A stretch of 64,000 bases of DNA from Raja brachyura. Lineage: Eukaryota. The DNA is taken from contig OY740795.1 of NCBI GenBank assembly GCA_963514005.1, positions 620,001-684,000 of the forward strand, in the 5' to 3' direction. A program made the translations under genes and the position numbers. How positions within the stretch are numbered: position 1 is the stretch's first letter; the number at the start of each line of letters is the position of its first letter. This document shows positions 12,898 through 24,960 of this stretch, in pieces. The notes under the pieces are model-generated. The model was given only the letters and a program-made list of their open reading frames with translations, was not told the DNA's origin and ran no database searches.

Positions 12898-15800
12898 TAT
12901 CAGAACTGAACGAGTAGGACACAAAGTCAGACTCAGACACAGGGAAGATCCGTTTTCAGAGTTTAAACGGTCCAAGTCGGTACACAGGTAAGCACAAAAC
13001 AGAGGCAACAGTATAATATAGGAGCAGGCAAAAACAGTGGTCGAAAAACAGGCGATGGTCGAGATCACAAGGTCACAAGAATTCTGGAGCTGGAACGAGG
13101 TGATACCAAGTTGCATACACTACGAACTGGCAATGGAAACTAAAACACAAAGGGCTTAAATACAGACTGACAGGGGATAACGAGACACAGGTGAAACACA
13201 TCAGGGCGGGGCCAACAATGACATGAGGGTGAACACCCAAGACCGCTCCTCAGGTCCATAACCCTCCCAATCCACAAGATACTGACAACCACGACCCAGC
13301 CGGCGCATCCCCAGCAACCAGCTGACCGTAAACACTGGACCCCCATCAAGGAACCTGTTGGGAGGGGGGGGCGGAGGGGGTGTGGAGGCAGGACCAGAGG
13401 ACTCTCCTTATATGGCTTCAGTCGGGAGACGTGGAAAGTAAGGTGGACCCTCATGGCAAGTGGGAGTTTGAGACGAACTGCCACAGGATTGATGACCTTC
13501 GATATGGGGAAAGGACCAACAAAACGAGGAGACAGCGTCCGGGATTTCACACTCGGAGGTAAGTCTCGAGTGGAAAGCCACATCTTTTTGCCCGGCGAGT
13601 ATACTGGAGCCGGCGTTCTCCCACGATCAGCCATCCTCTTGTAACGCGCAGAACTGCGCAACAGCATCGGACGAGCCTGATTCCAAACCTTGCGACAGCC
13701 TTAGCGGAGGGCACACTGGACTCCTTCTCCACAACAGGGAACAATGGCGGTTGATAACCATAGGCACACTGGAAAGGAGAGAGACCAGAGGATGAGCAAG
13801 GAAGTATGTTGTGTGCATACTCCACCCAAATATGGTGTTTGCTCCAGGTTGATGGATTCTGTGCCACCAAGCACCGCAGCCCTGCCTCCAATTCCTGGTT
13901 AAGGCGTTCAGTCGGTCCATTGGATTCCGGGTGATAACCAGATGTAAGGCTGACCGTGACGTCCAACAGGGAACAAAACTCCTTCCAAAATCTGGACACG
14001 AACTGAGGCCCCCGATCAGACACAATGTCTCTGAGAAATCCATGAATTCAAAAAACATGAGACAACATGACCTCTGCTGTTTTCCTGGCCGAGGGATCTT
14101 GTGCAACGGAATGAAATGCACTACCTTAGAAAATCTGTCCACCACAGTCATGACTTTGGTGTTACCTTCGGAAGAGGGCAGGCCCGTGACAAAGTACATG
14201 GAGATGTCTGACCAGGGGCGTGAGGGGGCAGGCAGCGGATTCAGGTGGCCAAATGCGGGCCGATGCGAGGTCTTGTTCTGAGCACAAATACTGCAGGCGG
14301 CGACGTAATCCTTAATCCCCCTCTCCTTTCCGGGTGATAACCAGATGCAAGGCTGACCGTGGCGTCCAACAGATAACAAAACTCCTTCCAAAACCTGGAC
14401 ATGAAGTGAGGCCCACGGTCAGACACAATGTCTCTGAGAAATACATGAATTCGCAAAACATGAGACAACATGACCTCTGCCGTTTTCGTGGCGGAAGGAA
14501 CTTGTGCACGGAATGAAATGGACTATTTTAGTAAATCTGTACACCACAGTCATGACTGTGATGTTACCTTCAGAAGAGGGCAGGCCCGTGATAAAATCCA
14601 TGGAGATGTCTAACCCGGGGCGTGAGGGCGCAGGCAGCGGTTTCAGGAGGCCAAAGGCGGGCCGGCGCGTGGTCTTGTTTTGAGCTCAAATACTGCAGGC
14701 GGCGATGTACTCCTTAATCCCACTCTCCATGGAAGGCCACAAAAACCGCTGTTTGGCCACAAACAGGGTTCGGCGGGCACCGGGATGACAGGAGATCCGA
14801 GACGTATGATGCCAGTGAATCACCTGTGAACGAAGAGGCTCGGGAACAAACAGATGATTAGAAGGACACGCTAGCGGAGACTGGACACCAGCAGTTGCCT
14901 CGGAAACTCTCTTCTCAATCTCCCAAGTAACAGCCCCAACGAAACAGGAAGCAGGCAGAATGCGAGTTGAAACTATAGGGGACGTGTCAAGATCAAACTG
15001 TCTGGAGAGAGCATCAGGTTTCCCATTTGGCAACAGGGAGGTAAGACAGTCCAAAATCAAATCGATTAAAAAAGACAGCCCAACTTGCTTGGCGCGAGTT
15101 GAGGCGTTTGGCTGACTTGATGTATTGCAGGCTCTTGTGGTCTGTCCAAACTAGAAACGGCTCCTTGGTACCCTCCAATCAATGTCTCCATTCCTCCAAG
15201 GCTGTTTTAACCGCTAACAGTTCACGGTTACCCACATCGTAATTTCTCTCAGCATGAAAACACTTTCTTGAGCGGAAAGCGCAGGGATGTAGTCGACCAT
15301 CCGTGGAGCATTTCTGGGAGAGTACGGCCCCGATACCCACACCCGAGGCATCCACCTCAACCACGAACTGGAGTGACGAGTCAGGGTGAACCAGGATGGG
15401 GGCTGAGGATAAGCTCCTCTCGAGCCTCATAAATGCAGTTTCTGCTCGAGGGTACTAAGAGAAAGGCACGTGGGGTGAGGTGGGCACATGGAGTGGTGCA
15501 GCAGTGACACTAAAGTTCCGGATAAACTTCCTTTAAAATTAGCAAACCCAAGGAACCCCTGAAGTCGCTTACGACTGGAGGGTGTAGGCCAGGTGGCCAC
15601 AGCACTGACCTTGCCCGGGTCCATCTGTATACCATCAGGTGATATAACATAACCAAGGAATTGAACAGTGTTAGCATGAAATTCACATTTCTCAGCTTTC
15701 ACAAACAGATCATTCAAGAGCAAACGTTCCAGCACCTGGTGTACATGCTGCACATGGGAAGTTTCGTCTGGAGAAAAAAACCAAAATATCATCAAGGAAC

Positions 15801-18444
15801 ACAAACACAAATGTGTTCAGTATGTCCCGTAATACTTCGTTAACCATGCCTTGGAAAAACCGCTGGAGTATTAGTAAGACCAAAAGGCATGACCCGATAT
15901 TCATAATGACCACTGTGTGTTTTAAACGCAGTCTTCAATATATCCCCCTCTCTTATCCTTACCAGATGATAAGCATCTCTAATCTCTAACTCAGTGAATA
16001 CGTTCAAATACAGAGGAGATAAGAGGAAGAGGGTATCTGTTATTAACAGTAATGCCATTGAGCGCTCTGTGGTCAATGCAGGGCCGAAGTGTTCAATCCT
16101 TCTTATCCACAAAGAAGAATCCAGCTCCTGCAGATGAAGAGCAACGTCTGATGATCCCAGCAGCAAGGGCGTGGTCAGTATACTTCTCCATGGCGAGCCG
16201 CTTAGGTGAAGACAAGGAATTAAGCCGACCCTTAGGAGGCGCTGTACCTGGCAGAAGGTCAATGCAGCAATCGTCCATGCGGCGGAAGAGAGGTGGCCTT
16301 GGCCTTGTTGAACACCTCCTTTAGGTCTAGGTAACATGAAGGAACCTTGGTGTGATCTGGAAGATCCCCCTCCCTTGAACGGGGAGGGTGCCGGAGGGTG
16401 GGCCTGGAAGATCCCAGCAAACTGCTCGTTGATGGATCCATCATAGACTCAGTAGAAGAATCGTGCACATAGATGAGTTTACAGTTATTTCCCCAAGAAA
16501 TCACTTTCCAAGTACCCAGTTAATGTGAGGATTATGGTTAGACAGCCAAGGGAGCCCCAAAACCAGAAGATGAAGAGGACATTCGAGGAGATGAAAACTG
16601 ATGGTCTCAAGGTAATTACCTGCCACGATGAGTTGAACAGGTTGAGTTTGGTGAATCACCCTGTACAATTGGCGCCCATCCAGTGCACTAGCCTCCTGAG
16701 GATCTTGAAGCTGTTCACGTTCCAGCTTCAATTCATCAGTCAAGCGAATGTCCATGAAGTACTCATTTGCCCCAGTAGAAAACCAAAGCAGCAGGCAGTG
16801 CCAGTGGGAATGCACCAACAATTGTACAGTTGCGAGTTGACGAGAGGAACGGCTCACAGGAGTGGTACAGCTCACCAATGTCCTCTCCTTAATTGGTTAG
16901 CCTTGTCTTTTACTGAACAGCTGTTCAACAAATGTCCCAGTTCACCACAGTAAAAACACTTCCCCTCCCGTAGGCGGCGCTGCTGTTCCTCGGGATTGAG
17001 TTTGGCTAGTCCCACCTGCATGGACTCCGCCGAAGGGATAGGTGGCGCTGTTGGCAGACTGGACCAGCCGAGAGGGACGAAGTCCCGACCGAAAGGCGAA
17101 GGGCGACGCTGCCGCCACTGTTGGGAGGAGGACCGAACTGCCGCCGGTCTACTCTCTCGCTCTCTTTCTCTGAGCCTAGCGTCAATCTGGACAGCCGGGG
17201 TAATCATAGACTCAAAGTTGGAAGGCAGGGTTAATGGATCCAACTGATCTTTGATAGCTTCAGATAATCCATTGGGAAAAGCATCCAACAAAGCAGCCTC
17301 ATTCCATCCACTCTTAGCAGCTACAGTTCGAAATTCAATAGCAAATTCGAAAACTGAGCGATTACCTTGTTTCATGGAGACCGGGTTCTGTGAAGACTAT
17401 CGGCCAGGATGGTAGTAATCAAACGTGCGGGACAGAGCTTCAATGAACAGGATCGACGTCTGGCAACCAGGAGAATTCCGAGCCCATTCCGCCGTGGCCC
17501 AAGCCTCCGCTCTACCCGACAGGTGCGTGATGATAAAGGCTATCCTTGAGCGTTCTGATGGGAAGGAAGCCGCTTGAAGTTCGAAATGCAGCCCCCACTG
17601 AATCAATAAAGGTCTACACTTCTCCGATTCTCCCGAAAAGTGTTCCGGTCTTGCCAGGTGGACGAATGGAGACGCTGCGACAGCCGTGGCCATCGGAGCC
17701 CCTGGAGACACAGACAAGATAAACGGACTTGGCTGGCACGGGAGCCGCAGAAGGAAACAAAATAATTCAGCTGAGTAAGCAGGTGTTCAAACCGAGAACT
17801 TAAACTGCTCACCTGTGAACCGATGTCCGCCTGGAACCCCTGCTTATGCTCACCGAGATACCGGAACCCGACGACAATCGAGGTGAGTTGACCCTCGTAA
17901 TGTGAGATGCGATCCTCTTGCTTCTGGAGCGTTGCACGAAAAGGATCAGAGCCCGCTGAGTCCATTTTTGGCCAGTCGTAAGATCAGAACTGAACGAGGA
18001 GGAGGACACAAATGCAAGCTCAGGCACAGGGCAGATCCATTTTCAGAGTTTAATCGGTCCAAGTCGGAACACACGTAAGCAAAAACAGAGGCAACAGTAT
18101 AATCTAGGAGCAGGCAAAAACAGTGGTCGAAAAACATGGAATGGTCGAGATCACAAGGTCACAATATTTCTAGAGCTGGAACGAGGTGATACCAAGTAGC
18201 ATACACAACGAACTGGCAATGAAAACTAAAACACAAAGGGCTTAAATACAGACTAACAGGGGATAACGAGACACAGGAGAAACATATCAGGGCGGGGCCA
18301 AAAATCACATGAGGGTAAACGACATGCCAGGAAATGGGACCTGAAACATGAGGAAATCTGAGACACCAAAACAAAACAAGAATGCAAACTCTAATACTAA
18401 AAACCATTTAGAAACAGAAACTAGATCAAATGCGAGACCTGGCA
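12898..18444 (-). mobile_element. Ty3/Gypsy chromovirus (Tf1/sushi group) LTR retrotransposon, defective
   Basis: 5' LTR ~17982-18444, truncated 3' LTR 12898-~13230; 5-bp TSD GTATG (12893-12897 and 18445-18449); gag with CFYCGELGH knuckle, RT (VFLDDIL), RNase H ([12 protein letters not shown]), integrase (SDRGPQF), chromodomain [16 protein letters not shown]; many frameshifts. Confidence 0.92.
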
Positions 18445-20784
18445 GTATGTTTTTTGCTGCTATTAATCCATGGTTTAAGAGAGCTTATTGGAACGTAGTT
18501 AATTTACGTCCTTTTTCCATTGATCCGAAGATAATCAGTTCTGTATTGGGGTTCAATTTCGTGTTGAATAGTTTTGTAAAAGTTCCGAAGATTTCGTTCC
18601 AAAATGTATGAAGTTTTGAACAGGAGAAAAAGGAATGTTCTATAGTGGCATTTTGAGTTAGACATTTGTCACAAATGGGGAAACGTTTGGAAATATTTGA
18701 ATCTATCTGGTTTTCGAGTAATATAATCTATGTAAAATTTTAAATTGTATTAAGTTATGCCTTACATTAATCGAACATTTATGTACATATGATATTTTTT
18801 TTTTCACATGTCTTTCAGGTTTTTTATCACTAACTCTTGTTCCCAGTCCCTTCTAATTGCCTCTGTCGTTGGTGTTTCTATATTTAAAATTATATTATAT
18901 AAATATGATATAAAATTGCTTGATTCTACCTTTCTGTTCATTCCTTCCTCTAATAAATCTGAGGTAGAGTTTGATATCCTTGCATATATATTTTTCAAAT
19001 AATCTCGAATTTGAAGGTATTTGAAATATTGATTACTTTTCAGATTATATTTTAGTTGTAGTTGTTGGAATGGTCGAGGTTTTCCCATTTCATACATATC
19101 TCGAATCATTTTAATTCCTATTCTTTCCCAATGGATACATGTTTTATCAATAATAGATGGTTTGAATGAGCAAATGCTAACTATTGGGGAAAGATAAGTT
19201 TCTTAATTTTAATGTTAATTGTATTTTTGTTTGAAAATTCGTATTAGGCTGTGAATAATTGGATTCTTCTTTTATATTATATTGATCAGTTTCATCGGGG
19301 AAATAATAATCGCTCCTATATTATAGGGGGGACAATCCTCTTTCTCCATGCTTATCCTATCTACTTGGTGGGCAGAACAGTCCAAACAGTAAATTATATT
19401 TTTATTATTCACTGCCCAATAGTAGTACAACAATTTAGGGAGTGTCAGCCCCCCGAATTCTTTAGATTTACACGGATGTTGTCTTTGAATTCTATGTGAT
19501 CTATAGTCCCATATGAAATTTGTAATATGAGTAGTTTTTTGTTTTAAATTTGGTAAATATATTGTTAATGATTGAAATAGGTACAGTATTTGTGGTAAGA
19601 ACATCATTTTTATAACATTTATTCTGCTTATTAAGGACATCGGCAGTGTTTCCCAGAATTTAATCAACACATTCAATTTAGTTAATAAAGGCATATAGTT
19701 TGCGTTAAATGATGATTTATATTTTCTAGTAATTTGGATACCCAAATACTTGAATGTTTCTTTTCCAATTCTAAACGGGAATTTCAACAGATGTGTCGGC
19801 TCTTGAGGTGTTATCGTCATAATTTCGATTTTGTTCCAGTTTATTCGATATCCTGAAAAAGAACCAAATTACTCTATTACATGTAATATATTTCGTGTGC
19901 TAATTTGCGAATTTGTAATGTATAATAATATGTCGTCTTCATATAATGACATTTTCTTATTTTAGTGTTTGGTATTATATCCATGAATATTCGGATGACT
20001 TCGTATACTTTCTGCTAAAGGTTCTATCCCCGTGCAAATAGCAGGGGCGATAATGCACACCCCTGTCTATTGCCCCTTGATAATTGGAATTTCGGCAATA
20101 ATACATTATTAGTCAGTATTCTAGCCCTTGGCTTATCATATAATAATTTTACCCATAAAATTACCCATGGGATAAAATTATCTCCCATATTAAATGTTTG
20201 CAATACTTTAAATAGATATTGCCATACTACTTAATCAAAAGCTCTTTCTGCATCCAGTGAAACAATTGTTAAGTGTTCCTCTTCAGTTTTATGTGAGTAC
20301 ATTTCATTAAACAGCCGTCTCAAATTGTTCAATGCATATCTCTTGGGTATAAACCCCGTTTGATCCGGATTTATTAGTTTACTAACATATTTACTCAATC
20401 TTCTCGCTAGGGTCTTTGCTAATATTTGTTGATCTGTTTTTAGGAGTGCCATGGCTCTATATTAGCTCGGGTCTTCTAGATATTTAACTTTTTTAGGTAT
20501 AAGTGTAATAGGTGATTCGGTTTAGTGCTTCTGGTAGTATATTTTCTTTAAAAGCATGTATATATAAATTTTGTGAGCGTGGTGAAAATATCTCGTAGAA
20601 TCTTTTATAGAATTCATTACTAAAGCCATCTGGTCCTGGCGTTTTAGCATTCTTCAACGAATGTATTGTTTCTTCTATTTCCTGAAGTGTAATCTGAGCT
20701 CCTAATTCCTCTTGTTCCAACGTATTGAGTTTTGGAAGATTACAATTGTCTAAGAAGTTTAAATTTTAGTATTGCTTGCAGAGG

Positions 20785-21782
20785 TTAGATTAGATTAGAT
20801 TAGATTAGATTACCTTTATTGTCATTCTGACCTTCCGGTCTGAACGAAATTTCGTTGCCTGCAGTCACACAAAAATTCAAAATAACTTAAAAATAACAAA
20901 AACACACAAATTTAACATCCACCACAGTGAGTTCAGCAAACACCTCCTCACTGTGGTGAAAGGCAAAAGTCTTAGTCTTTATCGCCTTCCCTCCTTGTAC
21001 TCCCTCTGCGCTGAGGCGATCCAGGCCTCTGGTGTATTGTCCCTGCCGGGTGTTGGTACCGCTGCCGCCACCGGAACGCCGGAATGCCGCCGCCGCTCCA
21101 AATCGGGCCGCCGCCTCCACCGGAATGCCGCCACAGCTCCAGGCCGGTCCGCCGCTCCAGGCCGGGACGCCGCCACCGGAATGCCGCCGCCGCTCCAGGC
21201 CGGGACGCCGCCACCGGAATGCCGCCGCCGCTCCAGGCCGGGACGCCGCCACAGCTCCAGGCCGGTCCGCCGCTCCAGGCCGGGACGCCGCCACCGGAAT
21301 GCCGCCGCCGCTCCAGGCCGGGACGCCGCCACCGGAATGCCGCCGCCGCTCCAGGCCGGGACGCCGCTCCAGGCCGGGACGCCGCCAGCGGAATGCCGCC
21401 GCCGCTCCAGGCCGGTCCGCCGCCGCTCCAGGCCGGGACGCCGCCGCTCCAGGCCGGGACGCCGCTCCAGGCCGGTCCGCCGCCGCTCCAGGCCGGTCCG
21501 CCACAGCTCCAAGTCGAGCCACCGCCGCTGCAGCGAACGCCGCCCGAGGCCGTCAGCTCCGCCATTATGGCCTCAGCGCAGACGGAGACAGGGGGACACA
21601 ACAAGAAAAGGTTGTATCCCCCCCGAAGGAAGGGACTAAGCCCTGTTTCTCCCCCCCCCATACAATCTAATAAACTAACTAAACTAACATAAACTAAACA
21701 GACATAAACAAAAACAAACAAAAAAAAGAAAAAAACAGACGGACTGCAGGCGAGCCGCAGCTGCCAGGCAGCGCCGCCACTT
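20785..21782 (-). mobile_element. Non-autonomous retroposon with an internal GC-rich minisatellite, inserted in L1 ORF2
   Basis: Element-sense tail tgacaataaagg(taatc)n; L1 sequence resumes on both sides; same family as 1381-2130 and 31710-32510. Confidence 0.6.
21060..21515. repeat. Compound GC-rich minisatellite
   Basis: Interspersed units ccgctccaggccgggacg / ccgccaccggaatg / ccgctccaggccggtccg. Confidence 0.9.
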
Positions 21783-22711
21783 CCGGTTTTAGATGTATAT
21801 AGATTTGGGAAATTGAGCAAATCTTTTATTAATGTCTTCAGGTAGTGTTAATAATTCACCTTTATCTGATTTAATTTTAGTCATTGTATTTTCCGTTTCC
21901 CGTTTTTTCAGTTCACGTGCTAAGACTTTATGTGGTTTGTCACCGAAGTCGAAGTTTTCTTGTTTTGTTATTTGAAATAATCTTATTATTCTTGGCGATA
22001 AAATTGTATTTAATTTGTATTTTAATATTGTTATCTTATTATGTTTATCTATGGTTAGTTCTTTGGCATTTTATAGACCTAATTGTGTAATTTGCTGTTC
22101 TCACTGCAAATGTTCAATGTTGTTCTTTTTATTTTGTTTACTGAGTTGGATGATCAGCCATGATTATATTGAATGGCGGCGCAGGCTCGAAGGGCCGAAT
22201 GGCCTATTCCTGCACATTTTTCTATGTTTCTATGTTTCCATTTTGGAATGCTTGGTATGAAATTATAGTTCCTCTAATAAATGCCTTAAAGGTTTCCCAT
22301 AATAAGGAGGGTGAAATACCTGGTCTATCATTTGTTTCAAAGAAGAACATCATCTGCTGTTTTAAATATGTACAATCTTGTGAGTTGTTTCAAATTTGGG
22401 GGCTAAACCTCCAGAACGATTTTAATCAGACATTCGTTCTAATTTTAAAAAAAGTGAACGGGGAGTGATCAGAAATAATATTTTTTATGATATTTAGAAT
22501 TATATGTACAGGAGATTAATTTCGTGTTCACTAAAAATAGTCGATAGGTGATACGGTTCATGTACCGTTGAATAAAAGGAGTATTCCCTTCCTACTGGAT
22601 TCGCGATTCTCCATACATCTGTTATATTTGTGTATTTTTATGTATGTATTTAGGAGTTCACTAGTTTTGGATTGCATGTTAATCCTTTTTTGTTTTGCTG
22701 ATTTATACAGA

Positions 22712-24960
22712 TATAGAAACATAGAAACATAGAACATAGATGCAGGAGTAGGCCATTCGGCCCTTCGAGCCTGCACCGCCATTCAATGTGATCATGGCTG
22801 ATCATCCAACTCAGTATCCCGTACCTGCCTTCTCTCCATACCCCCTGATCCCTTTAGCCACAAGTGCCACATCTAACGCCCTCTTAAATATAGCCAATGA
22901 ACTGGCCTCAACTACCTTCTGTGGCAGAGAATTCCAGAGACTCACCACTCTCTGTGTAAATAATGTTTTCCTCATTTCGGTCCTAAAGGAATTCCCCCTT
23001 ATCCTTAGACTGTGACGCCTTGTTCTGGACTCCCCCAACATCGGGAACTTTCTTCCAGCATCTAGCTTGTCCAACCCCTTAAGAATTTTGTAAGTTTCTA
23101 TAAGATCCCCCCTCAATCTTCTAAATTCCAGCGAGTACAAGCCGAGTCTATCCAATCTTTCCTCATATGAAAGTCCTGACATCCCAGGAATCAGTCTGGT
23201 GAATCTTCTCTGTACCCCCTCTATGGCAAGGATGTCTTTCCTCAGATTTGGAGACCAAAACTGTACGCAATACTCCAGGTGTGGCCTCACCAAAACCCTG
23301 TACAACTGCAGTAGACCCTCCCTGCTCCTATACTCAAATCCTTTCGCTATGAATGCTAACATACCATTTGCTTTATTCACTGCCTGCTACACCTGCATGC
23401 CTGCTTTCAATGACTGGTGTACCATGACACCCAGGTCTCGTTGCATCGCCCCCTTTCCTAATCTGCCACCATTCAGATAATAGTCTACCCTCATGTTTTT
23501 GCCACCAAAGTGGATAACCTCACATTTATCCACATTATACTGCATCTGCCATGCATCTGCCCATTCACTCAGCCTATCCAAATCACCCTGGAGCCTCCAA
23601 GCATCCTCCTCACACCTAACTATACCCCCCAGCTTGGTATCATCTGCACATTTGGAGATGTTGCATTGAATTCCCTCGTCCAAATCATTAATATATATTG
23701 TAAATAGCTGGTGTCCCAGCACTGAGCCTTGCGGCACCCCACTAGTCACTGCCTCCCATTCTGAAAAGGACCCGTTTACTCCTACCCTTTGCCTCCTGTC
23801 TGCTAGCCAGTTCTTTATCCACATTAATACTGAACCCCCTATACCGTGTGCTTTAAGTTTGTATGCTAATCTCTTATGCGGGACCTTGTCGAAAGCCTTC
23901 TGAAAGTCCAGATATAACACATCCACTGGTTCTCCCTTATCCTCTCTACTAGTTACATCCTCGAAAAATTCTATCAGATTTGTCAGACATGATTTACCTT
24001 TCGTAAATCCATGCTGACTTTGTCCATTGATTTCACCACTTTCCAAATGCGCTGCTATCCCATCTTTAATAACTGACTCTAGCAGTTTCCCCACTACCGA
24101 TGTTAGACTAACTGGTCTGTAATTCCCCGCTTTCTCTCTCTCTCCTTTTTTTAAAAAGTGGGGTTACATTAGCTACCCTCCAATCCTCAGGAACTACTCC
24201 AGAATCTAAGGAATTTTGAAAAATTATCACTAATGCATCCACTATTTCTGTGGCTACCTCCTTGAGTACTCTCTGGGATGCAGACTATCTGGCCCTGGGG
24301 ATTTATCGGCCTTCAATCCGTTCAATTTACCCAACACCACCTCCCGGCTACCCTGGATTTCACTCAGTTCCTCCATCTTATTTGACCCCCGTTCCACTGC
24401 TATTTCCGGCAGATTATTTATGTCTTCCTTAGTGAAGACAGAACCAAAGTAGTTATTCAATTGGTCTGCCATGTCCTTGTTCCCCATGATCAATTCACCT
24501 GTTTCTGACTGCAAGGGACCAACATTTGTTTCAACTAGTCTCTTTCTCTTCACATATCTATACAAACTTTTGCAGTCAGTTTTTATGTTCCCTGCCAGTT
24601 TCCTTTCATAATCTATTTTCCCTTTCCTAATTAAGCCCTTTGTCCTCCTCTGCTGGATTCTGAATTTCTCCCAGTCCTCCGGTAGGCTGCTTTTTCTGGC
24701 AAATTTGTATGCCTCATCTTTTGTTTTTATACTATCCCTGATTTCCCTTGTTATCCATGGATGCACCACCTTCCCCGATTTATTCTTTTGCCAAACTGGT
24801 ATGAACAACTTTTGTACTTCATCCATGCAGTCTTTAAATACCTTCCATTGCACATCCACTGTCAACACTTTAAGAATCACCTGCCAGTCTATCTTGGCCA
24901 ATTCACATCTCATACCTTCAAAGTTACCATTGTTCAAGTTCAGAACCCTTGTTTCTGACT
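22712..24960 (-). mobile_element. Young 5'-truncated CR1 LINE inserted in L1 ORF2
   Basis: Near-continuous RT translation ([45 protein letters not shown]); (ctatgttt)n tail at ~22712-22740. Confidence 0.92.

Noticed and set aside
20887-21820. Six overlapping 177-282 aa ORFs on both strands
   Set aside because: Artefact of a stop-poor GC minisatellite; the peptides are low-complexity repeats
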